DNA of 64,000 bases from Haliotis cracherodii (Eukaryota): assembly GCF_022045235.1 (NCBI RefSeq), contig NW_027266272.1:23312001-23376000 (forward strand), in the 5' to 3' direction. The notes beneath the pieces are model-generated. The model ran no database searches and was not told the origin of the DNA. It worked only from the letters and a program-made list of their open reading frames with translations. Within the stretch, counting starts at the first letter, position 1; every line of letters begins with the position of its first letter. The position numbers and the translations under genes are program-made. This document shows positions 49,328 to 61,610 of the stretch, piece by piece.

Positions 49328-49899
49328 AATAATCAGATCGACCTGTTAACAGCTGTCTGGTGAACCGATGCCCTACGTCTAGGTGCCACACCCCCCACCC
49401 CCCATGTCTGACTACAGTTGAAATATTGGGTTCAAGCCTTCATTAGTTCCTGGATGTGTATTGGTAATAGAGTATAGACAGTCATAGAGCGGAGTAGGTT
49501 GTGTACATACAGGCATCGATCCTGTCAAACCGTCGTCACGTCTTAGCAAACAAAACACAGTACTTTGCCCGATTTGATTTTTTTGGCTTTTCATGATCGG
49601 CTCTGTAAACATGATAAAGCATCTGTGTCCTCATTCAGACCAATTTAGAAGATATATGATCTCATTTGAATTACACATGGTTAAGTGTTTCAGTGCAATA
49701 ATTTTTTAAGAAATGTGTCACTATTTCTGCTATCAAGCATGGTAAAACACAATATGACACAAATAAAGATAAATTGTGATATTTTTCAAAAGCACTTTAT
49801 GGAATAAGTTCTGTCATTATTTAAGTAAAGCATGAAGTGGGATATTGTGTCACATTGGATCCCTGGTAAGACACTTTACATAATAAATTGTCACCATTT

Positions 49900-50041
49900 C
49901 AGCGATAGAAACTAACAGTTCAAGCCAACTAGTCCTTATAATGATAACATATAGCAAATTTCAACTAGTCCTCGGGATACCTTGACTTTTGGGCAGTTTG
50001 GCACTATAGGACTATAGGACTAGTGACAATTTCTAATGCTT
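49900..50041. mobile_element. MITE family D
   Basis: TIRs; cattt flanks. Confidence 0.8.
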
Positions 50042-50142
50042 CATTTCTGCTCTGTATCCATGGTAAAACACTTCGAAATTCTTTTATATTTACAACTTTG
50101 TTGATTTTCTAACCAGATGAAGATCACATATATAAACTGATT

Positions 50143-50301
50143 GAGTGTGTATAGTTTAACACCGCTTTTAGCAGTATTCAAGCAAGATCACAGTGGGGGA
50201 CACCAGAATGGGCTTCACATATTGTACCCATATGGGGAATCAAACCCAGGTCTTCAGCATGACGAGCAAACACTTTAACCACTAGGCTACTCCACCGCCC
50301 C
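50143..50301 (-). mobile_element. SINE family A, CpG-decayed
   Basis: Family match. Confidence 0.85.
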
Positions 50302-50732
50302 TCTGGAGATAAAGACGAGTACCAAACCATTCATCACGGGTCACAGACTTTCAAGGTCAACAAATCATTTAGGTCAGTAGCCATAGTTGCATATGGGGAA
50401 TTGAACCCAGGTCTTCAGCATGATGAGCAAACACTTTAACCACTAGGCTACTCAACCGCCTCTCTGCAGATAAAGACGAGTACCAAACCATTCATCACGG
50501 GTCACAGACTTTCAAGGTCAACAAATCATTTAGGTCAGTAGCCATAGTTGCATATGGGGAATCGAACCCAGGTCTTCAGCATGATGAGCAAACACTTTAA
50601 CCACTAGGCTACTCAACCGCCCCTCTGCAGATAAAGACGAGTACCAAACCATTCATCACGGGTCACAGACTTTCGCATAGTTAGATAATACTTTCAAGGT
50701 CAACAAATCATTTAGGTCAGTAGCCATAGTTG
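50229..50732. repeat. 161-bp tandem triplication containing the SINE-A head
   Basis: catatggggaat...gccatagttg x3. Confidence 0.92.
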
Positions 50733-53700
50733 TGTTCTTGATCAGGTCACACATCCTTACATGATATGAATCACTGGGTTGTCTGGTCCAGAATCGATTA
50801 TTTACAGACCGCCGTCATATAGCTGAAATATTGCTGAGTGCAGTGTTAAACAAACAAACACATCCTAAGTTGCAAGTGTAAGTTAAAAAGGGCTAGTTAT
50901 CTACCTTTTGAACATGTCCGAAATATTTGAATGAAAGTTTTCTGGAAATTAAAAATGACATTTTAGGTGGGCCATACAGCACGTTACCAAATCCTTTGAT
51001 ATATTATTGCCAACTATTTCATTTGACTGATCCTTAATTTAGTATCAACTTGTGCTAAATAGGTCTCAATACACAGCGAAGGGAAATACAAGAAAGTTTC
51101 TCTAATCCAGCTTTTCTTGTAAAATGTAAAAAATTCAAATCCTTGGTGGAGTACATGATTAGAACAGCAGTATTAGCCCAAGGCTAAATATCTCCATGGA
51201 GGTCACAACGCTAACAGTTAGCCACTGACTTGGGCTGGTACACATGTCAAAGTACTTTCAGGTACGCCTGATGTGTTCAGGTCACTGTGGTCAACCATGA
51301 CATACTTTATGCCCGAAACTACTCATGTGCTCCATCAGATTGTTATTTTCACTTAGACAGGAATATTATTTCTGTTACTGTTAGCGCTTGCCTTGAAATA
51401 CCTGTTTGCTGTCGCCATCAAATAAGTGTCTGTATTTGATTGAAATCCATTTGCCGTATTTACCATGTGATTGTGTTGCTAGCATGAGGGGCTGATGGGT
51501 ATTGAGTTTCCTCCCCACCCCCCCCTAGGTCTGGGGTCCTGCTGTTGGGTTGCTAGTATCATTATTGAATAACAGTATATGTGTATCTATTTGACAGTTT
51601 CTATAGCAATGACATTACTCTGAATAAACAGGTATATGGGGAAATCATTCGAATGAATATGGAATTAGTAGCAACTCTTACATCCACCATCATTCAGGCA
51701 AAAGTGGCCACAACAGACCTTGTCATCAGCGGTTGTTATATCATGTAGCTCTCAAAATTACAGATTGTATGTGTTTGGGGACTTTGTGAAGATCCTCCCA
51801 TGAGAATTCAGGGGCAGAATTGGTCACAAACATCCCATGCTTGTTTAGAAAGAACTTTCCAGACTTCTAGACTTGGCCATGTTCCTTACTACACGAGAAT
51901 GAAGCAATGGACATGATGGAAGGAAAACAAGAGGTCCGTCTAAGCAAAGATCTAGTTCTTCCGTCTCAAAGGACAATAGTATTATTAATATTTTGTATAA
52001 CTACTACTATGAGCCATGATGACAATCCAAGAAGTGAAACTAATGAAAGCGAGATATTGAATTTGACCCTTTATTTATTGTGGTGTTTGTAAATAAACAT
52101 GAACCAGTATTTCGCTACGGTTGATGGTCCTTCTGACATATTTCATATTTTTAATTTGTTTAAGACATCCTCATTTATTGCTGTAATATATTGTCATTTG
52201 AATATGTCATTGACAGATATGTGTACTATTAGTCTACAAAGGTTCAGACTTATTGCTTAAATAGTTAAGGAATTACAGAAAAATGATACAAATAGGCCAT
52301 CTGTTGACATTTTTCCACAAACAAATTTTGAGATTTTGTCATCTTTGGTAACTTCTAACAGGTTCAATTGCATTATCAGAGGCCTGAAACCTGAACCAAA
52401 TGTGTATGGAAAGTGTTTCATATGCCTTATGCAGTCAGAAATCTTACTTTTATCATGTTTATGGTGATGTGAAATGTGTCAAACGACTAAATTTTCAAGT
52501 TTAATTTCCAACATTTTTCAATTTTCAGAGCTCAGTATGTCTAATTATATGTAGTCAGATGTGGACAGTAATTCTACAAATGGTTTAGAGTTATATATTT
52601 TATGTTTGCTTTTGTTGGTTTTTGTTTTGTTATGAATTAATGCTGAACTTGTTCCAATGAAGTAAATTTGCTCACATAAATGACAATGGATGTTTGATTG
52701 ACAATATCTCAAGAACTAATAAAGATATCTTCATAATTCTTATTTTTGTTTTGCTTGTATTCCTTATAAGTTTAAGAAAAGTCAGTTTGTTGTGTCAAAA
52801 AAAGAAGTTTTAAAATTTTGGCTGTCGGTACCTACTTGTTACCAAATCTGATGGTCAGGCTCAGTGAATTGATTGTGTGTCATTGTATCCCATAGGCAAG
52901 GATGGTTGCTCACAATACTGATCACTGAATTGTCTGGTTCAGAATTGATTAATTACAAACCAACGTCATAAATCTTCACAAATGCGGCGTTAATCAACAA
53001 ATGTCATCCTACATATGAGGATCTGGTATCCCAAAATGTGTGACCTGAGAAATGTCATTACCGACTGCGTAAATATTCGCTCACTCACCACTATGAAGCA
53101 TGAAGTCATTATGACATCGGGAATGTTTTATTATTTTGTTTGTTTTATTACATTGATTTGATACAGCATGAAACAACATGTTAAACAGCTTGAAATTATT
53201 TGCTTTAGATCATTTTAAAGAGTATGTTGAGGCAATGTACATTACTCAGGAAGTAAATAGCACTTCCAGAGTGTAAATACCCCATTTTATGATTAATAGA
53301 AACCCTCTTGGAAGAGTTATAAAACCATAACCCTAATCCATGAAGAGATGTTCACATGGGACCAACATATTAAATATGGTTTGTTTGCCTATCTGTGACC
53401 CAATGACCAAACTCCACCGTAATCGAAACAATTTATTTCCCTTTCCCTGACTAAACATGCTAAAAGGTTTCTTGACTGCTGAGGTTCGTGCAGGGGTTAG
53501 GGAAATAAACAGTGAACACTCCTGGCTGTCATCTTTGAGAAACGAGCGATAATGATAATAATAATAATAGGCCATTTATATTGTGATATACTTCCACACC
53601 ACTCAGGGTCATGCTCATGCTCAAAATGCTACACTTTTATTACCCCGCTGACTGGATCAGTAAGACTAACATATAGTCTCTGAAATGAACATATCGTACA

Positions 53701-53960
53701 GAAAAAAACAGTTGTTCAGTTATCTTAATAAAAATCTAATAAAAAAAGGAGCCCAGTGATTCTCTTCATTTTCAGATACTGCAGTAATCTAGACTTGCCA
53801 AACATTATAGACTTGCATGGGCTGTAGTTGATCTAAATGTATCAGGGTCTGTAAGACAGACTATGGATCAGTGTGCACTCGTTTTCATTCTCAGCTCCCT
53901 AGGGAGTACACATCCCAGGCTGCTTGTGAGGCACTACAAGGTTAACAGTCACAGTACTGT

Positions 53961-54183
53961 CCATGCTGGCCATAAAAGGTGACTATGCTTGTCATAAGAG
54001 GCGACTAACGGGATCTGGTGGTCAGGCTCGCTGACTTGGTAATGCATCATCGTATCCCAATTGTGTGGATCGATGCCTCTTGACATCAATCTCTGGATTG
54101 TCTGGTCCAGACTCGATTATTTACAGGCCGCCGTCATATAGGTGGAATATTGCTGAGTGCAACGTTTAACAACAAACAAAACA
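53961..54183 (+). mobile_element. SINE family B, 5'-truncated
   Basis: Family match. Confidence 0.87.
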
Positions 54184-54511
54184 ATACCATCCTACCGGGT
54201 ACCCATTCACAACTGGGTGATAAGAGGCGTATTTCGAACAAAGTCACTTGCCTGTTGTTCTATATTATCCATGAATGCCTTCTTGGTGATGTGTGTCTTT
54301 GTATCATGTTGTATCTTTGTAAAAATCTATTAGCAAATGAATGGATTTGGATATCGAATCACATTAAGCGTACCATCTCTGAATTACTGTTTCAAGCAGT
54401 GTTCAACCCACCTCACTGATTATGTGAAGACCTTGTGAATTATTGAGAAAAAAGCTGTAAGGGACATGGACGTGAGCTCAGCTCAACTAATCCACAGTTC
54501 ATTTGAAACCC

Positions 54512-54780
54512 GACCCGTGAAGATCCAGGGTAGAATAGGCCTTCAGCTACCCATGCCTTTTGTAAAAGGCAACTATTCTTGTTGTAAAAGGCGACTAACG
54601 GGATCAAGTGGTCAGACTCACTGACTTGGTTGATGCATGTCATCGATCCTACATCACGAGGATCGATGCTCATGATATAAATCCCTGGATTGTCTTGTCC
54701 AAACTTGATTATTTACAGACCGCCGTCCTATAGCTGGAATATTGCTGAGTGCAGGTTAAACAACAAACCAACCAACCAAA
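54512..54780 (+). mobile_element. SINE family B, full length
   Basis: TSD tcatttgaaaccc. Confidence 0.92.
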
Positions 54781-56062
54781 TCATTTGAAACCCAACAAGG
54801 CAACTTGACATGTGCAACAAATACATGGTTTATTAACGTTTTATGAATGTTTTATGAAGGCAGTGTTGCAGGATCTGGAGATACTCACTTCATGCATAGT
54901 CATCGAAATTGTCAGATTAGAAATCAAAGTCCGTTGATATGACAGATGTGGTGATATGGAGCAATATGTACCCATCCTTTGTTACTGAAAGTCCGCGTTA
55001 GAATTTAAGGGTCCTGAGGTGACATTTGAACATGCGGGTCAATTTTCTTGACATCCATCATGTCTATTCTTTGCTTGGAACACAGCATGTCAGAGGACAC
55101 TCTCCTGGGTGATGTCTGTCCTTAGTTCAGAGAGCCAGCAAGCAAATGCTCTTGAAACGCTTCTGGTTTTTCTCAAAAACACAATCTTTTACTGCATGGA
55201 CTCAGCATTTTGGAATCATATGCATCAGTCAGTTGTCTTTCTGACCATAAATCTCTCATGATCCAAATATTGATGCTATGAAGTAAAATGCAAAATTCTG
55301 CTGAGCCATCAATCTTACTTAATCATGTTAATAGTTAGGGCAGGCATGGTATTTCAAACCCCTGGTAATTGAAACATTACTTGCTGCATCCAATGGCCGG
55401 TTGAATGATGTTCTATTGATAATTTAGCTTGGCATTGACAACAATGGCCGTTGAACTATCATGGCTGACTGACCACAAGATTATTGTTGGTTAAGAAGGG
55501 ACGAGGTTGTTGCAGTTATGGCATAATTAATTTAAGAAAATGATGGGAACATATGCACCATTATTATAACATTTGTTGTGTGTTTCTGTTGTGTATATCA
55601 CACTATTAAATTATCTGTATTATTTTGCAATATTCTGGAAAAAATGTAAGAATCCTTTTTAACTGATGCGGATTAACCATGTTAACCTTCATTCAAGAGC
55701 AATGCAATTAGAACCATTACATTATTGATGTCCTTAAAATAACTGCAATCTGTGCGAAACTGGCTGCACCAGTCTGTGCGAAAAACCAAGCTGTTGAACC
55801 AGCAAAATTTCTGCTGGTCCATTTACTTGTTTGACAGGTTTTTTTTCTCACAGTAATGAACACTGTTTTCAGACAGCTTAATTGAAGGTAGTCTGTTATA
55901 GTATTATTGGTATATGAAAAACCTTTGAATTTATTTGAGACTGAATACCATGGTGACTGACAGAGTTCCAGATTAATGCTTTCAGATGAATTCAGGGTTC
56001 ATGGACAGATGTAATCCAATCTGTCATTAGTCAAGTAAACTGTTTTATTTGCGTTAAGCAAG

Positions 56063-56275
56063 TTGGTTGGTTGGTTGGTTTGTTGTTTAATGCCGCACTC
56101 AGCAATATTCCAGCTGTATGACGGCAGTCTGTAAATAATCGAGTCTGGACCAGACAATCCAGTAATTGACATCATGAGCATCGATCCACGCCATTGGGAT
56201 CGATGACATGCATCAACCAGGTCAGCGAGCCTGACCACCCGATACCGTTAGTCGCCTCTTACGACAAGCATAGTC
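56063..56275 (-). mobile_element. SINE family B
   Basis: Family match. Confidence 0.88.
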
Positions 56276-56335
56276 ATGCACTAAGCAAGTAATAGTCTAT
56301 GTATTAACATTCAGCTGCTACAGCTCGGTACCACT

Positions 56336-56525
56336 TTGAAGATCTGGGTTACAACTGGCCTTCAGCAAACCTTGCTTGTCATAAGAGGCAACTAACGGCA
56401 TCTGGTGGTCAGGCTCGTTGACTTGGTTGATGCATGTCATCGATCCCAACCTGACCTGATAATTTACAGATGGCTGTTATATGGTGGGAATATTGCTGAC
56501 TGCCGCATTAAACAACCAATAAAAA
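56336..56525 (+). mobile_element. SINE family B, internally deleted
   Basis: Family match. Confidence 0.78.
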
Positions 56526-58235
56526 CAAAAGCAGTAAAAAAGCTACTACAATAAAAATTTGTTTATCATGTTTATAACTAACATGTTTATAACCAGCAGA
56601 CAGATATAAGAAACTGTTTTTTTTGTCCTGGGTATGTGCTGCATGTATGCTGTATATAAACTTATAACAAGTTTTGGTTATCCATTTGAGTTCGTTATAA
56701 CCGTAGTTTACTATATGTTAACACTGAAGATGATGCCATTGACAAAGCTGGGCTAATACCCTCCAAGTTTTGGCACACACTGAAAATCCTTTTTGTCTAA
56801 TTCTTAAAATGCTTAAAGAAATAGTATTCAACGCGTTTGTTGAAAAGTCTTGGAATCGTTTGTTGGATATTTATCACCATTAATATTTTTGTCCTTGTCG
56901 AACGGCCCACATGGGTGGGTGTTTACATGACGTCACCCGTTTACGCAATAACCAATGAAATGTGTGTGTTAGCATGAAGTCATATTGACCTGTCAGATCA
57001 CTTGTATAAGCTTGGCCCACTGAGAGTGCAGTAGTTCCGACAGCAAATGCCCCTTTTACGAAATAGGATTCCGGTTTCATTATGTTTACATCTAAGTCAT
57101 ACCTGTCACCTACCAACGTATGTTTGAGCTACTAGTCACACCTAAGTCTAAAAACATTTAAGGTAAGAATCGATATTTTTAACTTAGTGTGCAATTGTGA
57201 TAGATACTTGTATCGAGATGTGAAAACTCGAGATCTACCGATGCGTCGCTGTATCGCGCCTCTGTTAGAAGCCTAAATCTTGTAGGTCACAGTCTGCTAC
57301 TCCATTTAGTCCACACAGTATCTCTGAATTCTACAGAAGTGATACAAAAGGACAAATTTAGTCTAAGAGAGCCAAAAGTCTTTGGGACATTCTGCTGGAG
57401 CTATGTGAGAGCATCACGTGGTGGGAAGATGAAGCAGATTGTCACATGACACAGATCAGTTCTCGTGCAGTAATTCAACTTTGGGGCAGCATACACGTTT
57501 CCGTTTATTTCTTGGCACAGAACTTGATGAAACATGTATTTGATCGAGCAAAACGTCCGTGGATGATATTGTTCTTGTGACAGTCCTGTGCTATAGACCC
57601 ATGGCTGCAGTGTTGGTCATGTGGTTTGTGACTGGGCAAATAGCTTTGAAATTAGATTTGACGAGTCAGGAAATTCCTTGTGAAGATTTCCCATGAATCA
57701 TTGCAAATCCTGCATAACAATGCACTCAAATCGCCTTGGCCTCTGAAAGGATTATTTTCACACATTGATTCTAGCGCAGGGCTTGTGCTTCCTGCTCCAC
57801 AATTAGAAAGCGGAACTTTGATGAGCCATGTTTTGAAACTCTGAGACCTGGCGTCCGGATAGATTTATGTGTTTGTTACGCCAACATATGACGAGATTGA
57901 CATGCCTCAATCCGGTCATCAGGATGATTGAAAGGAACATAACCATTATTTTCACGAATGTTGTTGGCTACGGGCTACGTCTGTCTGACGTTTTTGAACA
58001 GAAATATTCATAATTGCAGTCAATACGTATTATTGAAGTGTTACATGGATTGTCTGGGAGCAAGGGCTATGATCTGGGTAAATGGAGTGATAACTGAACT
58101 GCAGCTGGTCTGTTGGTTCTATCACATTCTTCCTGTGGGTGTTTAACAAGCGGCTGCGCATTTAGGTGGAGGGTCCTGTAATGATGGCCAGACATTAAAC
58201 CCTTTGTTTATGATAGCCCAATACAGACAGTTGCT

Positions 58236-58447
58236 GGGGCGGTCAGGTAGCCTAGTGGTTAAATCGTTCGCTCGTCACGCCGAAGGCCCGGGTTTCGATT
58301 CCCGACATGGGTACAGTGTGTGAAGCCCATTTCGGGTGTCCCCCCGCCGTGATATTGCTGGAATATTGCTAAAAGCGGCGTAAAACCATACTCACTCACT
58401 CACTCACTCACTCACTCACTCACTCACTCACTCACTCACTCACTCAC
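58236..58447 (+). mobile_element. SINE family A, young copy with long (CTCA)n tail
   Basis: Intact CpGs, A and B boxes. Confidence 0.92.
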
Positions 58448-58613
58448 AGTTTCTAAAGAATTTATGCCACTATTGAGATGAACTGCTCTTGAACTGCTCT
58501 TGTACGGGTGTAGAGAGTATTTCTATTTATACCATGGTAATGATGGGTGTCTCTGATACTACCTGGTTGATATCTGTGATAATGCATGGGTCATTATGCA
58601 TGCATGCATGCAT

Positions 58614-58806
58614 GTTTGTTTGTTTGTTTGTTGTTTAACGCTGAACTCAGCAATATTCCAGCTATATGATGGCGGTCTATAAATGATAGTGTGGACCAGA
58701 CAATCCAGTGACTGACATCATGAGCATCGATCCACGCCATTGGGATTGATGACATTCATCAACCAAGTCAGCGAGCCTGACCACCAGATCCTGTTAGTCG
58801 CCTCCT
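58614..58806 (-). mobile_element. SINE family B, partial
   Basis: Family match. Confidence 0.85.
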
Positions 58807-59231
58807 TTGCTAATGATTATGCATGTATACTCATGGTATAGATTGTTATTCATCATAAACATATTTGCGAATATCATTATACTAATCTGTTTGAATACAA
58901 AAGAAACCGTTTATGATTTGATTGGAGGCTGTTTTTCCTCTTCCTGTGGAAAGTTCATGCATCAGGGATGGGGTGTAGCCCTGTGGGTGAAGTGTTGTCT
59001 TGTTGTGCTGAAGGTCTGGGTTTGATTTCCAACATGGGTACAATGTATGAAGCAGGAAGCAACAAACAAACATTGTCAGAGGAATGTTCATCTGTTTCTC
59101 ATTCTTTGTTTGATTCATTAACTCATCTGTTTGTCCACATGCCCATCTGACAGCTGTCAAATTTGTCAATATGTCGGGTCAATTTATTCGCTCATGCTCT
59201 TGCTTAAACTGCGGAGATTGAATTGCAGGTG

Positions 59232-59389
59232 CAGTGATAGAAACTAACTGTTTTAGTCCATTAGTCCTTATAATGATAACGTATAGCAAAACCCTTCATA
59301 ATGGCAAATTTCTACTAGTCCTTGTGATACCTTAACTACTGGGCAGTTTGGCAAGGACTATAGGACCATGAAACCAATTTCTAATGCTG
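59232..59389. mobile_element. MITE family D
   Basis: TIRs; 5-bp TSD aggtg. Confidence 0.85.
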
Positions 59390-59992
59390 AGGTGATGACT
59401 TCAACTATTCATTGATCTGAGTCAAATTCAATTAGTCACCATTGTCATAAGGTTGTACATGTCAAATGGGCAGCCAAATCAGTCAATACTGACAAGGTCA
59501 AGGTCACACTAGTCACATGACACTGTATTAAAATTTGTATCGTTGTCACCGAGTGAAAAATATGACAGCGACCAATTCAAGAACAAATTCACTGTAATAT
59601 TCATGACACCAGGTCACACTTTGGAAAAGTAATGACAGTCAAGTTCTCAATGATAATTACAACTGGATCTTAGAGGTATTCTACCGTTATTCATCTCTAC
59701 GGCTCAACAACCCCTAGCCACATAGTTGTTTAAGTCATGGCTGTTTTTTTGTTTTTTCTCTCATAATTATTTTAAAAAACACCTTACCATAACCACTCCA
59801 CTATTCATGGTTATCAGAGTGAATGTTTGCAGATCACGATTGCCCTTTGCCATAAGTGTATAATTTATATCGTAATCAATGCCATTATTCAAGATTGATC
59901 CTAATAAGTGCCATTTTTGGCCTACTAGGTTAATTGTATAGTGTGATAATTGTGATGATTACAAATTATAAGTGAATCTTCTAAAAATTATC

Positions 59993-60217
59993 TTGCATCC
60001 CTTGGGCACGCCAGAAACCTATGTTTGTGGGTTCGAATCCCGGTTCGCCCCAATTATGTTTCTAGGTTTGTCAGCACCATACCCGTGCTCGTGGGTTTCA
60101 CCGAAGTGGTAAACGTCTAAAACCTGCATCACTTCAGACTTTCCTCCCACATTAAGCTGACACGCCGCGATATGACTGGAATAATGTTAAAAGCGGCGTT
60201 AAACCCAACTCAATCAC
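59993..60217 (+). mobile_element. SINE family C, 5'-truncated
   Basis: TSD tctaaaaattatc. Confidence 0.92.
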
Positions 60218-60315
60218 TCTAAAAATTATCAGGTGTGGCCTCTTGAACTAAGTTACCATGTTTAGTATTGTAAATGTGTGTTATGGTATGTGAGTTACAT
60301 ATACCACTCAACATT

Positions 60316-60660
60316 TGCTATATGATGGCGGTCTATAAATGATAGTGTGGACCAGACAATCCAGTGATTGACATCATGAGCATCGATCCACGCCATTGGG
60401 ATTGATGAGATTCATCAACCAAGTCAGCGAGCCTGACCACCAGATCCTGTTAGTCGCCTCCTTTGCTAATGATTATGCATATATACTCATGGTATAGATT
60501 GTTATTCATCATAAACATATTTGCGAATATCGTTATACTAATCTGTTTGAATACAAAAGAAACAGTTTATGATTTGATTGGAGGCTGTTTTTCCTCTTCC
60601 TGTGGAAAGTTCATGCATCAGGGATGGGGTGTAGCCCTGTGGGTGAAGTGTTGTCTTGTT
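60316..60660. repeat. About 345-bp near-identical duplicate of 58661-59002
   Basis: SINE-B fragment plus unique flank repeated. Confidence 0.9.
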
Positions 60661-60859
60661 ATTACATATACCACTCAATATTTGCTAAGGACCAAAACAG
60701 TTGTATTTTGACAAAGGTGTGGTCCTTCGCAAATGTTGAGTAGTATATTTGATATGACTAATGGTGTCTGTCCCTGGTGTGGTAATAATGTTGATTACAA
60801 ATAAAAAATGAATTTTCTATAAAACATGATCATGTGTTCCTGTGGCCTCTTGAACAAGA

Positions 60860-61010
60860 GGGGTCGTCGGGTGGTTAAAGCGCTCACTCGTCACGCCGAT
60901 GACCCGGGTTCCTTGACATGGGTACAATGTGTGAAGCCCATTTCTGGTGTCCCCCACCATGATATTGCTGGTATATTGCTAAGAGTGGCGTAAAATCGTA
61001 CTCACTCACT
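60860..61010 (+). mobile_element. SINE family A
   Basis: Family match. Confidence 0.82.
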
Positions 61011-61018
61011 CTTGAGTG

Positions 61019-61245
61019 TTAGAATATTAGAATAGATCATCAGTAACCCATGCTTGCCGTAAGAAGAAGAACAGGATCGGTGGTCATGTTCGCTGACTTG
61101 GTTGATGCATGACACTGTATCACAATGGCGAGGATCGCACATGATGTCAATCACTGGATTGTCTGGTCCAGACTTGATTATTTACAGACCACCGTCATAT
61201 CGTTGAAATATTGCTGAGTGCAGTGTTAAACAACAAACAAACAAC
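61019..61245 (+). mobile_element. SINE family B, diverged
   Basis: Family match. Confidence 0.8.
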
Positions 61246-61453
61246 GAAGTTAAGAGGTACACACATGTACGGCACATGTCATTAGGAAGGCAAGCTGGGA
61301 TTAATGAAGCCTCTAACCCATACATAATTAATCAGCGTGCTTGGTGTTCTATGTGATGTTGGTGTGATGAGGGACATATGATAACACGTCTCATCCGGCT
61401 GCAACAATCGCAGCCTCATCACACAAGACAGAATTCCAGTTCCCAGGCTGGCT

Positions 61454-61610
61454 GGGGCATTGGGGTAGCCTAGTTGTTTAAACATTGGCTTGTCACGACG
61501 AAGCCCCGGGTTCGATTCCCCACATGGGTACCTACAATGTGTGAAGTCCATTTCTGGTGTACCCCGCCGTGATATTGCAGGAATATTGCTAAAACCATAC
61601 TTGCTCACTC
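61454..61610 (+). mobile_element. SINE family A
   Basis: Family match. Confidence 0.85.

Noticed and set aside
58236-58310. tRNA-Asp gene (and other tRNA-like heads)
   Set aside because: No acceptor stem; continues into SINE body and tail
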